Origin: a virus
Lineage: Duplodnaviria > Caudoviricetes
Length of the DNA: 55,900 nt
Virus record (IMG/VR): IMGVR_UViG_3300047667_000954
Span: 1-55,900 of that record
Strand: one strand, 5' to 3'
The position numbers and the translations under genes are program-made. Below, piece after piece: positions 34,856 through 45,188 of the stretch. How positions within the stretch are numbered: position 1 is the first letter of the stretch; every line of letters starts with the position of its first letter. A model generated the notes under the pieces. That model was not told where the DNA came from. It did no database searches and was given only the letters and a program-made list of their open reading frames with translations.

Positions 34856-35364
34856 TCAGAGCAATAGTAGCATGTGACGCCTTGGGCGGCATAGCAAAAG
34901 ACGGGATCATGCCATGGCCACATAACATGGCTGATCTCAAACACTTTAAACAATTGACAACTGACGCAATAGTTGTCATGGGCAGGAAAACGTGGGAGGC
35001 ACCTGACATGCCTTCCCCCCTGCCTAATAGGACAAATGTTGTGGTTACCCGCAACACAGACTATCAACTAAATGAAGCCAGTGTGTTGAGTGATAACATA
35101 TCTTTACGCTTGACATCACTTGCGCAAACTAATAAAGTATTTGTAATTGGCGGCGCTGCTCTTTTTGAGCAAGTGATTGATGATATTTCTATATTGCATC
35201 TGACACGCGTTGCTGGCGACCATGACTGTGACACATTTTTGCCAATGGACAAGATTGCTGCACAGTTTGTACTAATTGATAGTGTTGAAATAGACAGAAC
35301 CACAAAGTTTGAAATTTACCTTACAAGGAAACTATATGACCTTTCTATCGGAACAACAATTTGA
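34852..35364 (+). CDS. folA: dihydrofolate reductase
   Basis: GGIAKDG.MPW, DLKHFK, VMGRKTWE, PLPNR.NVV, VIGGA, CDTF. Confidence 0.93.
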   Translation: MIRAIVACDALGGIAKDGIMPWPHNMADLKHFKQLTTDAIVVMGRKTWEAPDMPSPLPNRTNVVVTRNTDYQLNEASVLSDNISLRLTSLAQTNKVFVIGGAALFEQVIDDISILHLTRVAGDHDCDTFLPMDKIAAQFVLIDSVEIDRTTKFEIYLTRKLYDLSIGTTI

Positions 35365-35968
35365 CGAACACGGTAACATCGAAGTTTTTGTCAAAAAGCG
35401 TAAAATCCTTGAAACATTTGACCAACAGGCTGACGGTACAGTCAAAGGCCAGGCGCGCATCAAATTTGAGTATGGTAACTGCACTCGTGATGATGTTCTT
35501 GTTGTGGGTAACCTAGCCGCAGCCGAAGCAATGGTACTTGATGAAGGTGTGGTTTTTCCATGCTATGGTAGTCCGCCACTTAATCATATCGATGCAGATA
35601 GCCGCCTTGCACATTTGATTAGTATGGCGGCTGCTAATATCGGCACATTCAGCAAGCGTGGCAATGGTAATACAATTGTATGTCATCCAAGTTTAACAGA
35701 AACAGTGCGCGATTGCTTCACAAAAATTAAAACAATTCAACAATATGACGAAGAATCAGAAGACATGATTGATGTTGAGGCGCCATACTTCGCATCAGAG
35801 CCTGAAATTATCGAGACTGCTCTGGCCAGTAACGAGCAAGTTCTGGTACTTTATCGCGGCACTGATGACAGTGACCAGCCACTTATCTATGTACACGGCG
35901 AAGGATTGTTACTTAATAACAAAATTGCCGAAGTACACTATTACGGAAAGTTTGTAGATCTACCATGA
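35336..35968 (+). CDS. hypothetical protein resembling a truncated gp23/gp24 capsid domain
   Basis: AAANIGTFSKRGNGNTIVCHP and VLVLYRGTDDSDQPLIY; AAGGA SD. Confidence 0.5.
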   Translation: MTFLSEQQFDEHGNIEVFVKKRKILETFDQQADGTVKGQARIKFEYGNCTRDDVLVVGNLAAAEAMVLDEGVVFPCYGSPPLNHIDADSRLAHLISMAAANIGTFSKRGNGNTIVCHPSLTETVRDCFTKIKTIQQYDEESEDMIDVEAPYFASEPEIIETALASNEQVLVLYRGTDDSDQPLIYVHGEGLLLNNKIAEVHYYGKFVDLP

Positions 35969-36837
35969 AGCAATACCACAACCAATTACAACAAATTCTA
36001 GACAACGGAGAAACAAGGACAGACAGAACTAATACAGGGACCAAAAGTATTTTTGGTATGCAAACACGTTACAATCTAAAAGACGGGTTTCCAGCTGTAA
36101 CAACTAAGAAGCTTGCATGGCGCGCTGTCGTCAGCGAGCTTCTTTGGTTCTTGGAAGGCAGCACAGATGAGCGGCGCCTGGCAGAAATCCTGTATGGCGA
36201 TCGTGACCCAGCTACCAACACGATATGGACTGCTAATGCGCTTAACCAGGCAGTGGCATTGGGATATACAGTTAACGACGATTATCGCGCCCTGGGGCCA
36301 ATTTATGGAAAACAATGGCGAAGTTGGGGAGCAGATGTTACTCGCAGTGGCGCCCATTTGGATCAAATTTCATCATTGCTACAGCAACTTCGTAATAATC
36401 CATATTCGCGACGCCACATACTTTCTGCATGGAACGTGGGAGATGTGCCAGACATGGCATTACCACCTTGCCATGTGTTAGTACAATTCTATGTGAGTGT
36501 TAATAACGAACTTAGCTGTCACCTATATCAGCGCAGCGCAGACATGTTCTTGGGAGTTCCGTTTAATATTGCAAGCTATGCGCTTTTGACACATATTATG
36601 GCACAGTTGACAGGATTAAAGGTTGGCGAGTTTGTACATTCCACAGGTGATACGCATATCTACTTGAATCATATCGACCAAGTAAAGTTACAACTGACCA
36701 GAGAACCAAAGAAGTTGCCCAAAATTATTATGCCGTCGTTTACTACCCTTGATGAGCTAATAGCTTTGCCTGTTGATGCATTCAAGTTGATGGGATATGA
36801 TCCTCACCCAACCATTACAGCGCCAATGGCTGTATAA
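35965..36837 (+). CDS. thyA: thymidylate synthase
   Basis: DRTNTGT, ELLWFL.G, GPIYG.QWR, SRRH, MALPPCH, YQRSADMFLGVPFN, HIY.NH. Confidence 0.96.
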   Translation: MKQYHNQLQQILDNGETRTDRTNTGTKSIFGMQTRYNLKDGFPAVTTKKLAWRAVVSELLWFLEGSTDERRLAEILYGDRDPATNTIWTANALNQAVALGYTVNDDYRALGPIYGKQWRSWGADVTRSGAHLDQISSLLQQLRNNPYSRRHILSAWNVGDVPDMALPPCHVLVQFYVSVNNELSCHLYQRSADMFLGVPFNIASYALLTHIMAQLTGLKVGEFVHSTGDTHIYLNHIDQVKLQLTREPKKLPKIIMPSFTTLDELIALPVDAFKLMGYDPHPTITAPMAV

Positions 36838-36868
36838 CCGGTGCACAAAACGTAATCAGGAGATGCAA

Positions 36869-37474
36869 ATGCAACCCAACGTAGCCGAAATATATAATAC
36901 TCTTGCTGTTGACTATGAAGAAAAATATGTTAATGGTGAAGATAATGCGTATTTGCGTGACGAAAAGCTTGCTAGCTTTCATTGGCAGATGTCAGGCCTG
37001 GGCGGCGACATTGTAAGCCTTGGTGTTGGGTCTGGACAAGATATTGAAATCCTTGGTAGGCCATTTCCTGCCCAATTTCGCGGTTTTGACATCTCACAAG
37101 GTATGCTGGACAATGCAATGATTAAATTTCCTGACTATAAATTTTATTTGCATGACTGTGAAACTCAACTACCAAGTGACCAGGGTGATGCTGACGTTCT
37201 AGTTTCGTTATTCGGCGCTGCCAATTATTTGGGCGTGGGCAAGCTACTTGAACAATATACCAGACTAAATTGTACTGGTGCATTCTTTGTATTCTATAAT
37301 GAACAATATCAAGATGGTGTTGTTGACAGTGACCATTACAACTTGTATTCAGAATCTAAATTGCAAGACAAATTTGCTAAATACTTGCCTGTTGTTGAAC
37401 CTTTAGAAGAAAATAGCAATTATTATGTGGTGTGGTGGAATGAAGGTCGAGATTTACAATCCAGTAAAGCATGA
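36869..37474 (+). CDS. class I SAM-dependent methyltransferase
   Basis: SLGVGSG motif I, GFDISQGML; AGGAG SD. Confidence 0.75.
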   Translation: MQPNVAEIYNTLAVDYEEKYVNGEDNAYLRDEKLASFHWQMSGLGGDIVSLGVGSGQDIEILGRPFPAQFRGFDISQGMLDNAMIKFPDYKFYLHDCETQLPSDQGDADVLVSLFGAANYLGVGKLLEQYTRLNCTGAFFVFYNEQYQDGVVDSDHYNLYSESKLQDKFAKYLPVVEPLEENSNYYVVWWNEGRDLQSSKA

Positions 37475-37976
37475 AGATGCAATTAATAGATTTTTTGATG
37501 AAAGTGATGTGGAAAATAATATCAGCATCGCTTCATTAGCTATTGACAAACGCGAAGACTCTGGTTTATTTTTGGTAATTGACGACGGTAAGATAGCTGC
37601 AATGAGTTACACCCACGATTTCAGCAATTATAGAATTGGTGGTTGGCGCGTGTTCACTAGGACTGCAACTCATCCTGCATATCGTAGCAAGGGCTTCCCC
37701 CACCAACGCAATCTGGTCAGCGCGGCAGGCCTGTCAGCTTATACACTACCCATGCAAGTTATGTGGGCACGGCTGCATGGTGCCACGAGTTTCTGGTTTA
37801 CAACCAACTACAATGCAGGTATGGCCAGCAGTGACCGTCTGGGACAGTTCCTGGACAAAATTGTGGACGGAGATCCGCGCTTCTCGTTTTCTAGCGTGGA
37901 GACAATATATTATACACCACAACGAGTTTGGCAACTTCATTATGGATCAATCTTGCCATTGGGCGATCCGCTTTAA
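37440..37976 (+). CDS. GNAT-like acetyltransferase
   Basis: RTATHPAYRSKG acetyl-CoA-binding-like motif. Confidence 0.55.
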   Translation: MKVEIYNPVKHEDAINRFFDESDVENNISIASLAIDKREDSGLFLVIDDGKIAAMSYTHDFSNYRIGGWRVFTRTATHPAYRSKGFPHQRNLVSAAGLSAYTLPMQVMWARLHGATSFWFTTNYNAGMASSDRLGQFLDKIVDGDPRFSFSSVETIYYTPQRVWQLHYGSILPLGDPL

Positions 37977-38623
37977 TCATAAATTGCGTAATCACCATAT
38001 CGGGCCAGGCTACGCGCAATAAGGTCTTGGTGCGCTGCATGATCCAAAATTCCCACAACACTTAATAAAATTTTAACACCAATTGGTTCTGTTGCGCCAT
38101 GCAGTGCGTCCACACTGTTAAATGCAAACGCGCGGCAATGCTCTGGTAATTGGATAGCAACTTGTTCACCTGTTGTCTTTTGCAAGTAGAAGGTGTTGCC
38201 CTCTGGTTCAGTTAGATAGAACATGTATCTGCGCGGCTCAAGAGGCATCGTCGGGTCTGGTGTATCAGTATGTGGCTCAATAGTTTTCAGCTGCTTGAGC
38301 ATACCCGCCGCCCCAATCTCAGTGAATGGCAACTGTGCAATAGCGCGAGCCAAATCAGGAAATTCTTCAGCAAACGATGGATTGAACGTGGTGGTTGCAT
38401 TATCGCGAGTGAGATTAGATTGATCTAACCAGTCCACATAAGGCTTGATTCGGTCCCATCGCGACGGAGTATGATTTGTCGCAGTTAGCGCCCATTCATG
38501 GCGCCCTTCTTTAAATACCCAAAAGTCAGGATCGTCAATCTTATTCGCATCAAACCAATCAATTACTTTTGATGGTGCAGGAATATCAAAGTCTATGTCA
38601 AGAGGAAGGTAAAGTAATGCCAT
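37973..38623 (-). CDS. Fe(II)/2OG-dependent oxygenase-like (cupin) protein
   Basis: PHTD (HxD) and distal FAFN...LHGA. Confidence 0.6.
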   Translation of the reverse strand: MALLYLPLDIDFDIPAPSKVIDWFDANKIDDPDFWVFKEGRHEWALTATNHTPSRWDRIKPYVDWLDQSNLTRDNATTTFNPSFAEEFPDLARAIAQLPFTEIGAAGMLKQLKTIEPHTDTPDPTMPLEPRRYMFYLTEPEGNTFYLQKTTGEQVAIQLPEHCRAFAFNSVDALHGATEPIGVKILLSVVGILDHAAHQDLIARSLARYGDYAIYD

Positions 38624-38645
38624 GTTGTATCCAATAAATAATGCT

Positions 38646-39293
38646 ATGCACAACTTCCATATTCCTGAACAGTATCAATCTATCGCAGTCTTATTCAGCG
38701 GAGGCATGGATAGCACCTTGTTATTATACTTAGCTGGGTTACGCTACCCACATCGTCGGATAATTGCAGTCACAGCGGGTTGCAGCTACATAAACAACCG
38801 TGTACATCTTGAGTGGGCGAATAAAGCGTTTGCGCAAACTATTAAGCGGTTACCGCCTGGTGCAATTGATTACCATATTACCCATTACCATGATGACAGA
38901 GAAACCCACCACTGCAATCAAGCTATGGTTGAATTAAAGGATTTGGCTGATGTCTGGTTAATTGGACAAAACGCTTCGCCACCACAAGGTGCTGTTGTTT
39001 GTGATCACATAGGGAAAGAAGTTGATCTGTATGACGCATGTCCACTACCGCACAGACGCGCCAGAGATCATTCTGAATGGGCAGAGCAACATGGCTTACC
39101 TGTATATCGACCATTAGCCAATATTGACAAACAAGACGAAGTTCGTATGTTTAAAGAGTTGAAAGTGTTTGACTTAATCCAAAGCACTCGCTCGTGTCCA
39201 GGCCAATGGGCTGATCAAGAACTTATCGACTTTGTGCCCCATTGCGGGTATTGCTGGTGGTGCCTTGAACGCCAGTGGGGCTTGATGGTGTGA
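38646..39293 (+). CDS. QueC-like PP-loop ATPase (7-cyano-7-deazaguanine synthase-like)
   Basis: FSGGMDS, RPL..IDK, TRSC...HCGYCWWCLER. Confidence 0.7.
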   Translation: MHNFHIPEQYQSIAVLFSGGMDSTLLLYLAGLRYPHRRIIAVTAGCSYINNRVHLEWANKAFAQTIKRLPPGAIDYHITHYHDDRETHHCNQAMVELKDLADVWLIGQNASPPQGAVVCDHIGKEVDLYDACPLPHRRARDHSEWAEQHGLPVYRPLANIDKQDEVRMFKELKVFDLIQSTRSCPGQWADQELIDFVPHCGYCWWCLERQWGLMV

Positions 39294-39307
39294 TATACTG
39301 CACCATT

Positions 39308-40561
39308 TTATCTTAATAGTTTGATCTTTGGTTCCGGCGCCAATTGGTAATACTCATCTAATTCAGGAAAATGTAATGGCATGTATGAATTGCGCACTGC
39401 ATCCAGAGTTTTTAATTCTTGAATCCCTTTTAGAAATTCATCATTTGAACCTTGTGGGCTTAATAAAATTTGCTCAATCCTATCATAAGGTAACCAATTC
39501 AATTGTGATATCTCGTGCTTTTTTAGTTTTTCAAGATATTTGGCCTTAATGTGATCTGGCAGATTAACTGCTCGCCATTTTGCTGGACTTGTGACAACGT
39601 TATTCCAGTTGATACGTTTATACGGTATTCCTAAATCATACACCAAATAATCATAAATGTCACCCAGATAACCTATATTAAGCATCTGGGTAGCGACCAA
39701 AAAGCTGGTAGAAATGTGCGGGTGATTTTGATAGATGCGAATATTTTTGTCAAATGTATTCCACTTTAGTCCGCTACGAACATATGCTCCACGTTCGGCC
39801 ACACCATCAATACTGCACAACATGGACACACTATTAAACCGATGAGCATTATCAAGAACAATTGGAGGAACCATTGTACCGTTTGTAATAATAGTTAGAT
39901 TTAAATTCTTGGCATTGGGATTATTAATGAATCGTTCAAATAAACTAACAAAGTCAGGGTGAATCATATTTTCACCACCTACCAGATTAAATTTGTTCAC
40001 GCTACTAATAATCTTGTCAATCTCATCAAAGTATTGTTCTCTGTTATTGGTATCAAATGGATTCAGTTCAACATAATTGTCTGCATCACCAGTAAAGAAC
40101 TTTTTTCTTTCTGCTGCAATTTTACTGCTGGCGCTGGGCCCGCACATAATGCATTTTAGGTTACAGATGTTTCCAAGCACTTTAAAGTTGACATAGAGCA
40201 AGTCTTCGTATATATAGCTTTCTCCATTATTATGTTTGCGAACATTATCTGCAACATGCGTATAATCACTATACATGTCATTTTCTTGTATTCTACGGTG
40301 TGTAATTTTGCTGTGGGTATTACTAATACATTGCCCGCATGAATGCTTGGTCGCTTGTGTAAATTGGTCAGGATCATTTTTAAGCATGTCTGCTCTAACT
40401 TGCTGCATATGACCAGAATTAAAGAACTCCAATGGCGTCATGTTTTGTGTATTCATCGCGGCGCTGCGATCAACCTCACCGATACAGCAAACACGATAAA
40501 ATCCGTCTGCTGTATGTGCCATTTGTATAAATGGATCAACGCACCATGGTTTATTTTCCAT
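39308..40561 (-). CDS. radical SAM protein with N-terminal SPASM/twitch-like Cys cluster
   Basis: WCVDPF, RVCC, CGQC; NICNLKCIMC (CxxxCxxC); GGE; SIDG. Confidence 0.85.
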   Translation of the reverse strand: MENKPWCVDPFIQMAHTADGFYRVCCIGEVDRSAAMNTQNMTPLEFFNSGHMQQVRADMLKNDPDQFTQATKHSCGQCISNTHSKITHRRIQENDMYSDYTHVADNVRKHNNGESYIYEDLLYVNFKVLGNICNLKCIMCGPSASSKIAAERKKFFTGDADNYVELNPFDTNNREQYFDEIDKIISSVNKFNLVGGENMIHPDFVSLFERFINNPNAKNLNLTIITNGTMVPPIVLDNAHRFNSVSMLCSIDGVAERGAYVRSGLKWNTFDKNIRIYQNHPHISTSFLVATQMLNIGYLGDIYDYLVYDLGIPYKRINWNNVVTSPAKWRAVNLPDHIKAKYLEKLKKHEISQLNWLPYDRIEQILLSPQGSNDEFLKGIQELKTLDAVRNSYMPLHFPELDEYYQLAPEPKIKLLR

Positions 40562-41295
40562 TAGATAATTCTACCAAATGCATAAAATCGTTCTGAGCAA
40601 AACCAACACTGCTCGCAGTGTACATGATCATCTGACGCACGTGGGTCGTAAAAATTATCACCAGGGCGTGTCTCGCAGCTATACGTGAACGGATAGAGCG
40701 TGTCTATTACACCATAATAGTCATAGGCTTCAAACGTAACCATTTTGTCCCGCTGAATGAACGGTCGGATACGGTGACACCCTGTGTCGTCGATGCTAAA
40801 GTTCTTCCAATTTGGCGCATTGTCACGTGATAGATCGCGACCTGGTACGTGAACCAAGAACTCTTTAAGATTGCGTGAGCCTGCTCCATGCACTTGCGTC
40901 AAACGCGACGTCATTTCATCAATGTTAGGGTTTAGTGTTATACCATTGTATAGCGCATTAAGATTATACTCTGCTATGGCCCTGGTGGTCATACGTTCTT
41001 GACCAATAATATATTCTTGACCAGAATCGTGTGAGTTATGCAGGGCAGTGTAATCAACAATATGGCCTGCACAAGCTTTTCCTGTTAATTCTTCAGTTAT
41101 ACGGATCACATCAGCCGCAAAATCACCATACCATGGCTTCCATTCAGAATTTAATGAGAGTGCATAAATGTTGACATCGTCTCTGTCTTTATAATAATCA
41201 CAAGCTGCATAATAAATTATACTGCTATCAGCGCCGCCAGACAACATTATGCCTATATTGTTCCAATCATCCTGGAATTTCATTGTTTCAAACAC
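40561..41295 (-). CDS. QueC-like PP-loop ATPase
   Basis: LSGGADS, RPF..RDK, TYSCE...HCEQCWFCSER; GTG 41295 with AAGGA SD. Confidence 0.7.
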   Translation of the reverse strand: MFETMKFQDDWNNIGIMLSGGADSSIIYYAACDYYKDRDDVNIYALSLNSEWKPWYGDFAADVIRITEELTGKACAGHIVDYTALHNSHDSGQEYIIGQERMTTRAIAEYNLNALYNGITLNPNIDEMTSRLTQVHGAGSRNLKEFLVHVPGRDLSRDNAPNWKNFSIDDTGCHRIRPFIQRDKMVTFEAYDYYGVIDTLYPFTYSCETRPGDNFYDPRASDDHVHCEQCWFCSERFYAFGRII

Positions 41296-41308
41296 GCATA
41301 TATTCCTT

Positions 41309-42202
41309 TTATAAATGTTTAATTTCCACTCGGTCCATTGTATTGTATTCACAAATCAATTGCACCAATTGTTGTTCGCTATATTTAGTGATGAGCTTAC
41401 CCACTGGAATATATCCCATTGCGTTGCGGGGATCACCTTTTGTAAATCCTAATGCAGTTAGGTAATTGTCATTTCTGTCCCACCATTCATTCATCCCATT
41501 TTCAAAGTTTTGAATACTGGACAAGGACCGATTATGAAAATAGCATGTAAAGTCTGGACTGTAAAAACGTAATGGTCGAATATTATCTTCACCAACTATG
41601 TCATCATTATCTTTGTATACGTCATAGATGGGTTTACCCACTTCACAGTAATTGATGTAGAGTTCACCAAAATACCGTTCAAATGTAAAATGCTGGTAAT
41701 CTTTATCCATTAATGGATAACGTTGGCGGTTATGGAATCTAGAAACAATTCGTGGATATACCCCTTGCTTGGTGTGCCCACTGTAAAAGTTTTCTGCCCG
41801 GTGAATAATAACATTGTACCTGTCAAGGCAATCACGTTGTAACGCATTTGCACTTTTATAATAACTGCCTGGTGATAAAACTCCGCCACGTAAATTTTCA
41901 AAATAATGATGCAAGTTATTTAATTGCTCTTGTGGCATTCCCACAAATGCACGGTGTGAGATTACCTGGCTATATCGATTGAGCACGTCAATGCAACTAT
42001 TCAGTTCATTAACGATCATTTCTTCAGTCCATTGCCCATCAGGAAAATTGTACAGTCGGTCTGGCTCTATTATACGATTATCGCGCTGACATTGGTCATA
42101 TAGTGCCATGGACCAACGGTCACTAATTGAATTGTCATATGACTCAAACTCAATTTCAAATTCATCATTATTGCTATTTAAAAATATAAGAGAGAAAATC
42201 AT
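41309..42202 (-). CDS. hypothetical protein of the radical SAM island
   Basis: 297 aa; LNNLHHYFE, N..IH..E, YCEVGKP. Confidence 0.65.
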   Translation of the reverse strand: MIFSLIFLNSNNDEFEIEFESYDNSISDRWSMALYDQCQRDNRIIEPDRLYNFPDGQWTEEMIVNELNSCIDVLNRYSQVISHRAFVGMPQEQLNNLHHYFENLRGGVLSPGSYYKSANALQRDCLDRYNVIIHRAENFYSGHTKQGVYPRIVSRFHNRQRYPLMDKDYQHFTFERYFGELYINYCEVGKPIYDVYKDNDDIVGEDNIRPLRFYSPDFTCYFHNRSLSSIQNFENGMNEWWDRNDNYLTALGFTKGDPRNAMGYIPVGKLITKYSEQQLVQLICEYNTMDRVEIKHL

Positions 42203-43290
42203 GTTTTTATTTCCTTTGTTTGTGTAACTCGTAAATCAATCATGTTGTTCTGTCCACATGTTTTATGGCATTCCACCATTGGGTTTGATGATGTCCATGA
42301 ATTCTCAATTGCTGTAAACGCGTGTGTATCAAAAATTTGTTCAATCTTAAAATCATCTAAACTATTAAAATTAGATGGCAATCCTAATTCGTCATGTAGC
42401 ATAATATGCAGGTCACTAACAACATCGTTCCACTCATGTCGAGTATGATATATTGCTAACCAACAACATGGCCAAAGCTTAAAATCTGCCGAAATAAAGA
42501 TTTGATCATGCTTTTTTGCTCTACAGCTAATGGTTTTCTTTTCTGTTATGATTGGGATAGGAGCAGCAATTCCACCATCGTAACTTTTATAAGAGTCTGC
42601 ATCTCGTGGATCATCAGGCATGAGTTTAAACTCATGTGCTATATTCGTGGAAGGCTCTATCACGTATTTAACTTTAAAATCTTTGTCCACACATTTGGTA
42701 TTCTTTTTGGGCCACCTGGTAGATGGCGCGCTCTTAAATACAACAAAGCCCATCTCATTTGCCAGTTTTTCGCATTTGTCAATTTGATGTTCGTTATGTT
42801 TAAATACAACCATAGACCAAGTGGCGTGGCCGCCCGCAGCAATATATGCTTTTGCATTTTTCATTATTGTATCGAATCTGGTATTGCGTCGATATAAATG
42901 ATGCGTGTCTTCCAACCCGTCAATACCAAACTCAACTTTTACATTTGAGTTTGTTCCCAACCAGGACCAAAAACTAGTGGATAACGCGCTGCCTGTTGTA
43001 TTGATCTTAATAGTATGCAAATCAAACAACATGATTGCCTCTATAAATTCCTTTGGCTTGGTATGCATTACAATATCACCAAAGTTACCATTCAATAGCA
43101 CATTGTTAACCTCTGATAACATTGGATCAGACATGGCCTTATATATTTGCTCAGGTGAGATTTCTGTTATGTTTAATTTGGGATGGGCCAACAGTGATGC
43201 ACCAAATGTCCTAACGCATTGTGGACATCTGGAATTGCACTCAGATGTTGGTTCAATATGTATCGATGTAATTCGATTAAAAATGTTCAT
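42199..43290 (-). CDS. radical SAM protein with C-terminal SPASM-like domain
   Basis: ECNSRCPQC, NGNFGD, FGIDG, WPCC, ECHKTCG. Confidence 0.85.
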   Translation of the reverse strand: MNIFNRITSIHIEPTSECNSRCPQCVRTFGASLLAHPKLNITEISPEQIYKAMSDPMLSEVNNVLLNGNFGDIVMHTKPKEFIEAIMLFDLHTIKINTTGSALSTSFWSWLGTNSNVKVEFGIDGLEDTHHLYRRNTRFDTIMKNAKAYIAAGGHATWSMVVFKHNEHQIDKCEKLANEMGFVVFKSAPSTRWPKKNTKCVDKDFKVKYVIEPSTNIAHEFKLMPDDPRDADSYKSYDGGIAAPIPIITEKKTISCRAKKHDQIFISADFKLWPCCWLAIYHTRHEWNDVVSDLHIMLHDELGLPSNFNSLDDFKIEQIFDTHAFTAIENSWTSSNPMVECHKTCGQNNMIDLRVTQTKEIKT

Positions 43291-43304
43291 TGCTTATATC
43301 CTAT

Positions 43305-43511
43305 CTACTTGGTGCCTGACGTGTTTAAACATGACAACGTTTCGCCTGGCTCTGCAACTGGCTCAGCAGGCCCCACACATGCTATCTGCAACGTCGGCCC
43401 ATCGAACCTGCTGCTTACATAGATGGTTAGTGCTAGCATGGCCACAGACACTAAAAATACCCTTAGCGTGTCTACCACAAATTCCTGCCAACTCTGCCCA
43501 CTATTTAACAT
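43305..43511 (-). CDS. small single-pass membrane protein
   Basis: 68 aa with hydrophobic VFLVSVAMLALTIYV; fills the gap between neighbours. Confidence 0.5.
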   Translation of the reverse strand: MLNSGQSWQEFVVDTLRVFLVSVAMLALTIYVSSRFDGPTLQIACVGPAEPVAEPGETLSCLNTSGTK

Positions 43512-43514
43512 TTG

Positions 43515-44471
43515 TTATCTAATTCCTATTCGCATAAACCGTGTATATTTTTCTAATTTCATTTCACCATCATATAGCACTTTGGCCAAGGGTGTTTGTA
43601 ATCTAAATGCATCAAGGTCATGCGATGTATTTACATGTTCAACAATGTCTGCATAATCATTGCTCTGCAATATTACTATTTTGCCTGTGGGGATTTTGTC
43701 ATACCATTTATCAAAGTCAATAATATGTTCGCAGCTTGTGTTAATGATCGTGTCTGGGGTATCTGTAATGGGCTTGCTACAACGATCATTTGCATTGCTC
43801 CAAGCAGTCCATCTATGACTGTTGAAATTAATATTGTGTATGTCGTCTGTAATAGCCTTAAATTGCCAGTTGTCCTGCCAGGGGGCGTTAAACTTATCAG
43901 CAACAGCTACAACAGCTGGATCCATGTCAAAGCTGCGAACCTTGTCAAGTGCAATGCCATGCTCAAACATCAGTGTTGCTAAAATACCATACCAACCGGC
44001 GCATAAGAACACAGTTCCCAGGTTGATGTCAAGTGTTTTTATTGCATTAATCAACCACATCTTGCTTCTGAGTTGGCCTTGACTCAGACTATCATTATCG
44101 AAACGTGTGCCACTTGCATGGCAGCTTTTAATTGTACGCACAATTTGATTATCTTGTAAGTCAAGTAACAATCTATACATGCTCCAAGTATTATCTTCTA
44201 ACAGGAATTTACGCAAGTCCCCTGATCCCATTTCGTCTCGTGGATTGAATTCAGGCTTCCAGGATCCATCTATCAGATGGAATAGTTTATGCCAATTGTC
44301 GTCACGCAACGCGATCCGTAAATTGTCAAGCTCGTCGCCATGAAAATTAATAATGGAACGATGTATGCTGTTTGGGTCACGATCAATATACGCACGTCGC
44401 AAATCCGCAAATCGTGTGTCGTGGGGATAGAGTATTTCCATCCTGTCAAGAAGCTGTTCTCTAGTTAGCAT
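43515..44471 (-). CDS. SAM-dependent methyltransferase-like protein
   Basis: SKMWL, FLCAGWYG, RSFDMD, INTSCEH, LQSNDY, YTRFMRIG. Confidence 0.65.
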   Translation of the reverse strand: MLTREQLLDRMEILYPHDTRFADLRRAYIDRDPNSIHRSIINFHGDELDNLRIALRDDNWHKLFHLIDGSWKPEFNPRDEMGSGDLRKFLLEDNTWSMYRLLLDLQDNQIVRTIKSCHASGTRFDNDSLSQGQLRSKMWLINAIKTLDINLGTVFLCAGWYGILATLMFEHGIALDKVRSFDMDPAVVAVADKFNAPWQDNWQFKAITDDIHNINFNSHRWTAWSNANDRCSKPITDTPDTIINTSCEHIIDFDKWYDKIPTGKIVILQSNDYADIVEHVNTSHDLDAFRLQTPLAKVLYDGEMKLEKYTRFMRIGIR

Positions 44472-45171
44472 GTTTATCAAACATTTCTTTTAACCAATCA
44501 AAGTCATTAATCTTATTAAGGATGTCTGTCCGAGCAGCATAGCGTTGTCCAAAGTCTCTGCCCTGTAATGCCCCCAGCCTACAAAAGTCAGCAAACGGCC
44601 GGCGCTTTGTCACAGTCTGACACCATTTTTGTAAGCGATACATGTTGTCTGTATTGTCTCCATTGGGAATGATAGCAGATGACAATTTTGTACACTCTCT
44701 AAATGCACTCTTCCATGTATTAAAGGGGCAAGTATTAAATGCAGTAGTGTTGCTGATCTGAAATTTAGGCACAAACGTAGCACCAATACTCGTGGTCATA
44801 TCTACATTCCACTGGGTGGCGTCAAGAAGTTTTTGTTTTGGAAATAGTTTTGCTGCTCCATACCCATATATTAAGTCATTGACAGGGTTCCTGGACCGCC
44901 ATACAAATACACATTCAGTTTCTGGAATTGTTTCGTATACAAACCGATCAGACTGTGGTGTAAATTTAAAACTAAATTCTTCTTCAATTATTGCGTCAGC
45001 GTCTACCACATAAAAATGTGATGTCTTGCTTTGTCGAGCACATTCTTGATGAGCTTCAAAAATACCTTTGATACCATGTACTCGCTTTGCGTTTGGTGCA
45101 AACAGTTGTAGCAATTTAAAGTTGTCGTCAGCAAACGGTTCATCGTAGCTTAGAAAAAATACATCAAGCAT
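44461..45171 (-). CDS. GT-A-like glycosyltransferase
   Basis: FLSYDEP, AH, VVDAD (DxD), YGYGAAK, WKSAFREC; paralog of 52457-53449. Confidence 0.65.
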   Translation of the reverse strand: MLDVFFLSYDEPFADDNFKLLQLFAPNAKRVHGIKGIFEAHQECARQSKTSHFYVVDADAIIEEEFSFKFTPQSDRFVYETIPETECVFVWRSRNPVNDLIYGYGAAKLFPKQKLLDATQWNVDMTTSIGATFVPKFQISNTTAFNTCPFNTWKSAFRECTKLSSAIIPNGDNTDNMYRLQKWCQTVTKRRPFADFCRLGALQGRDFGQRYAARTDILNKINDFDWLKEMFDKHAN

Positions 45172-45188
45172 AATTGGTCCTTTTTTAT

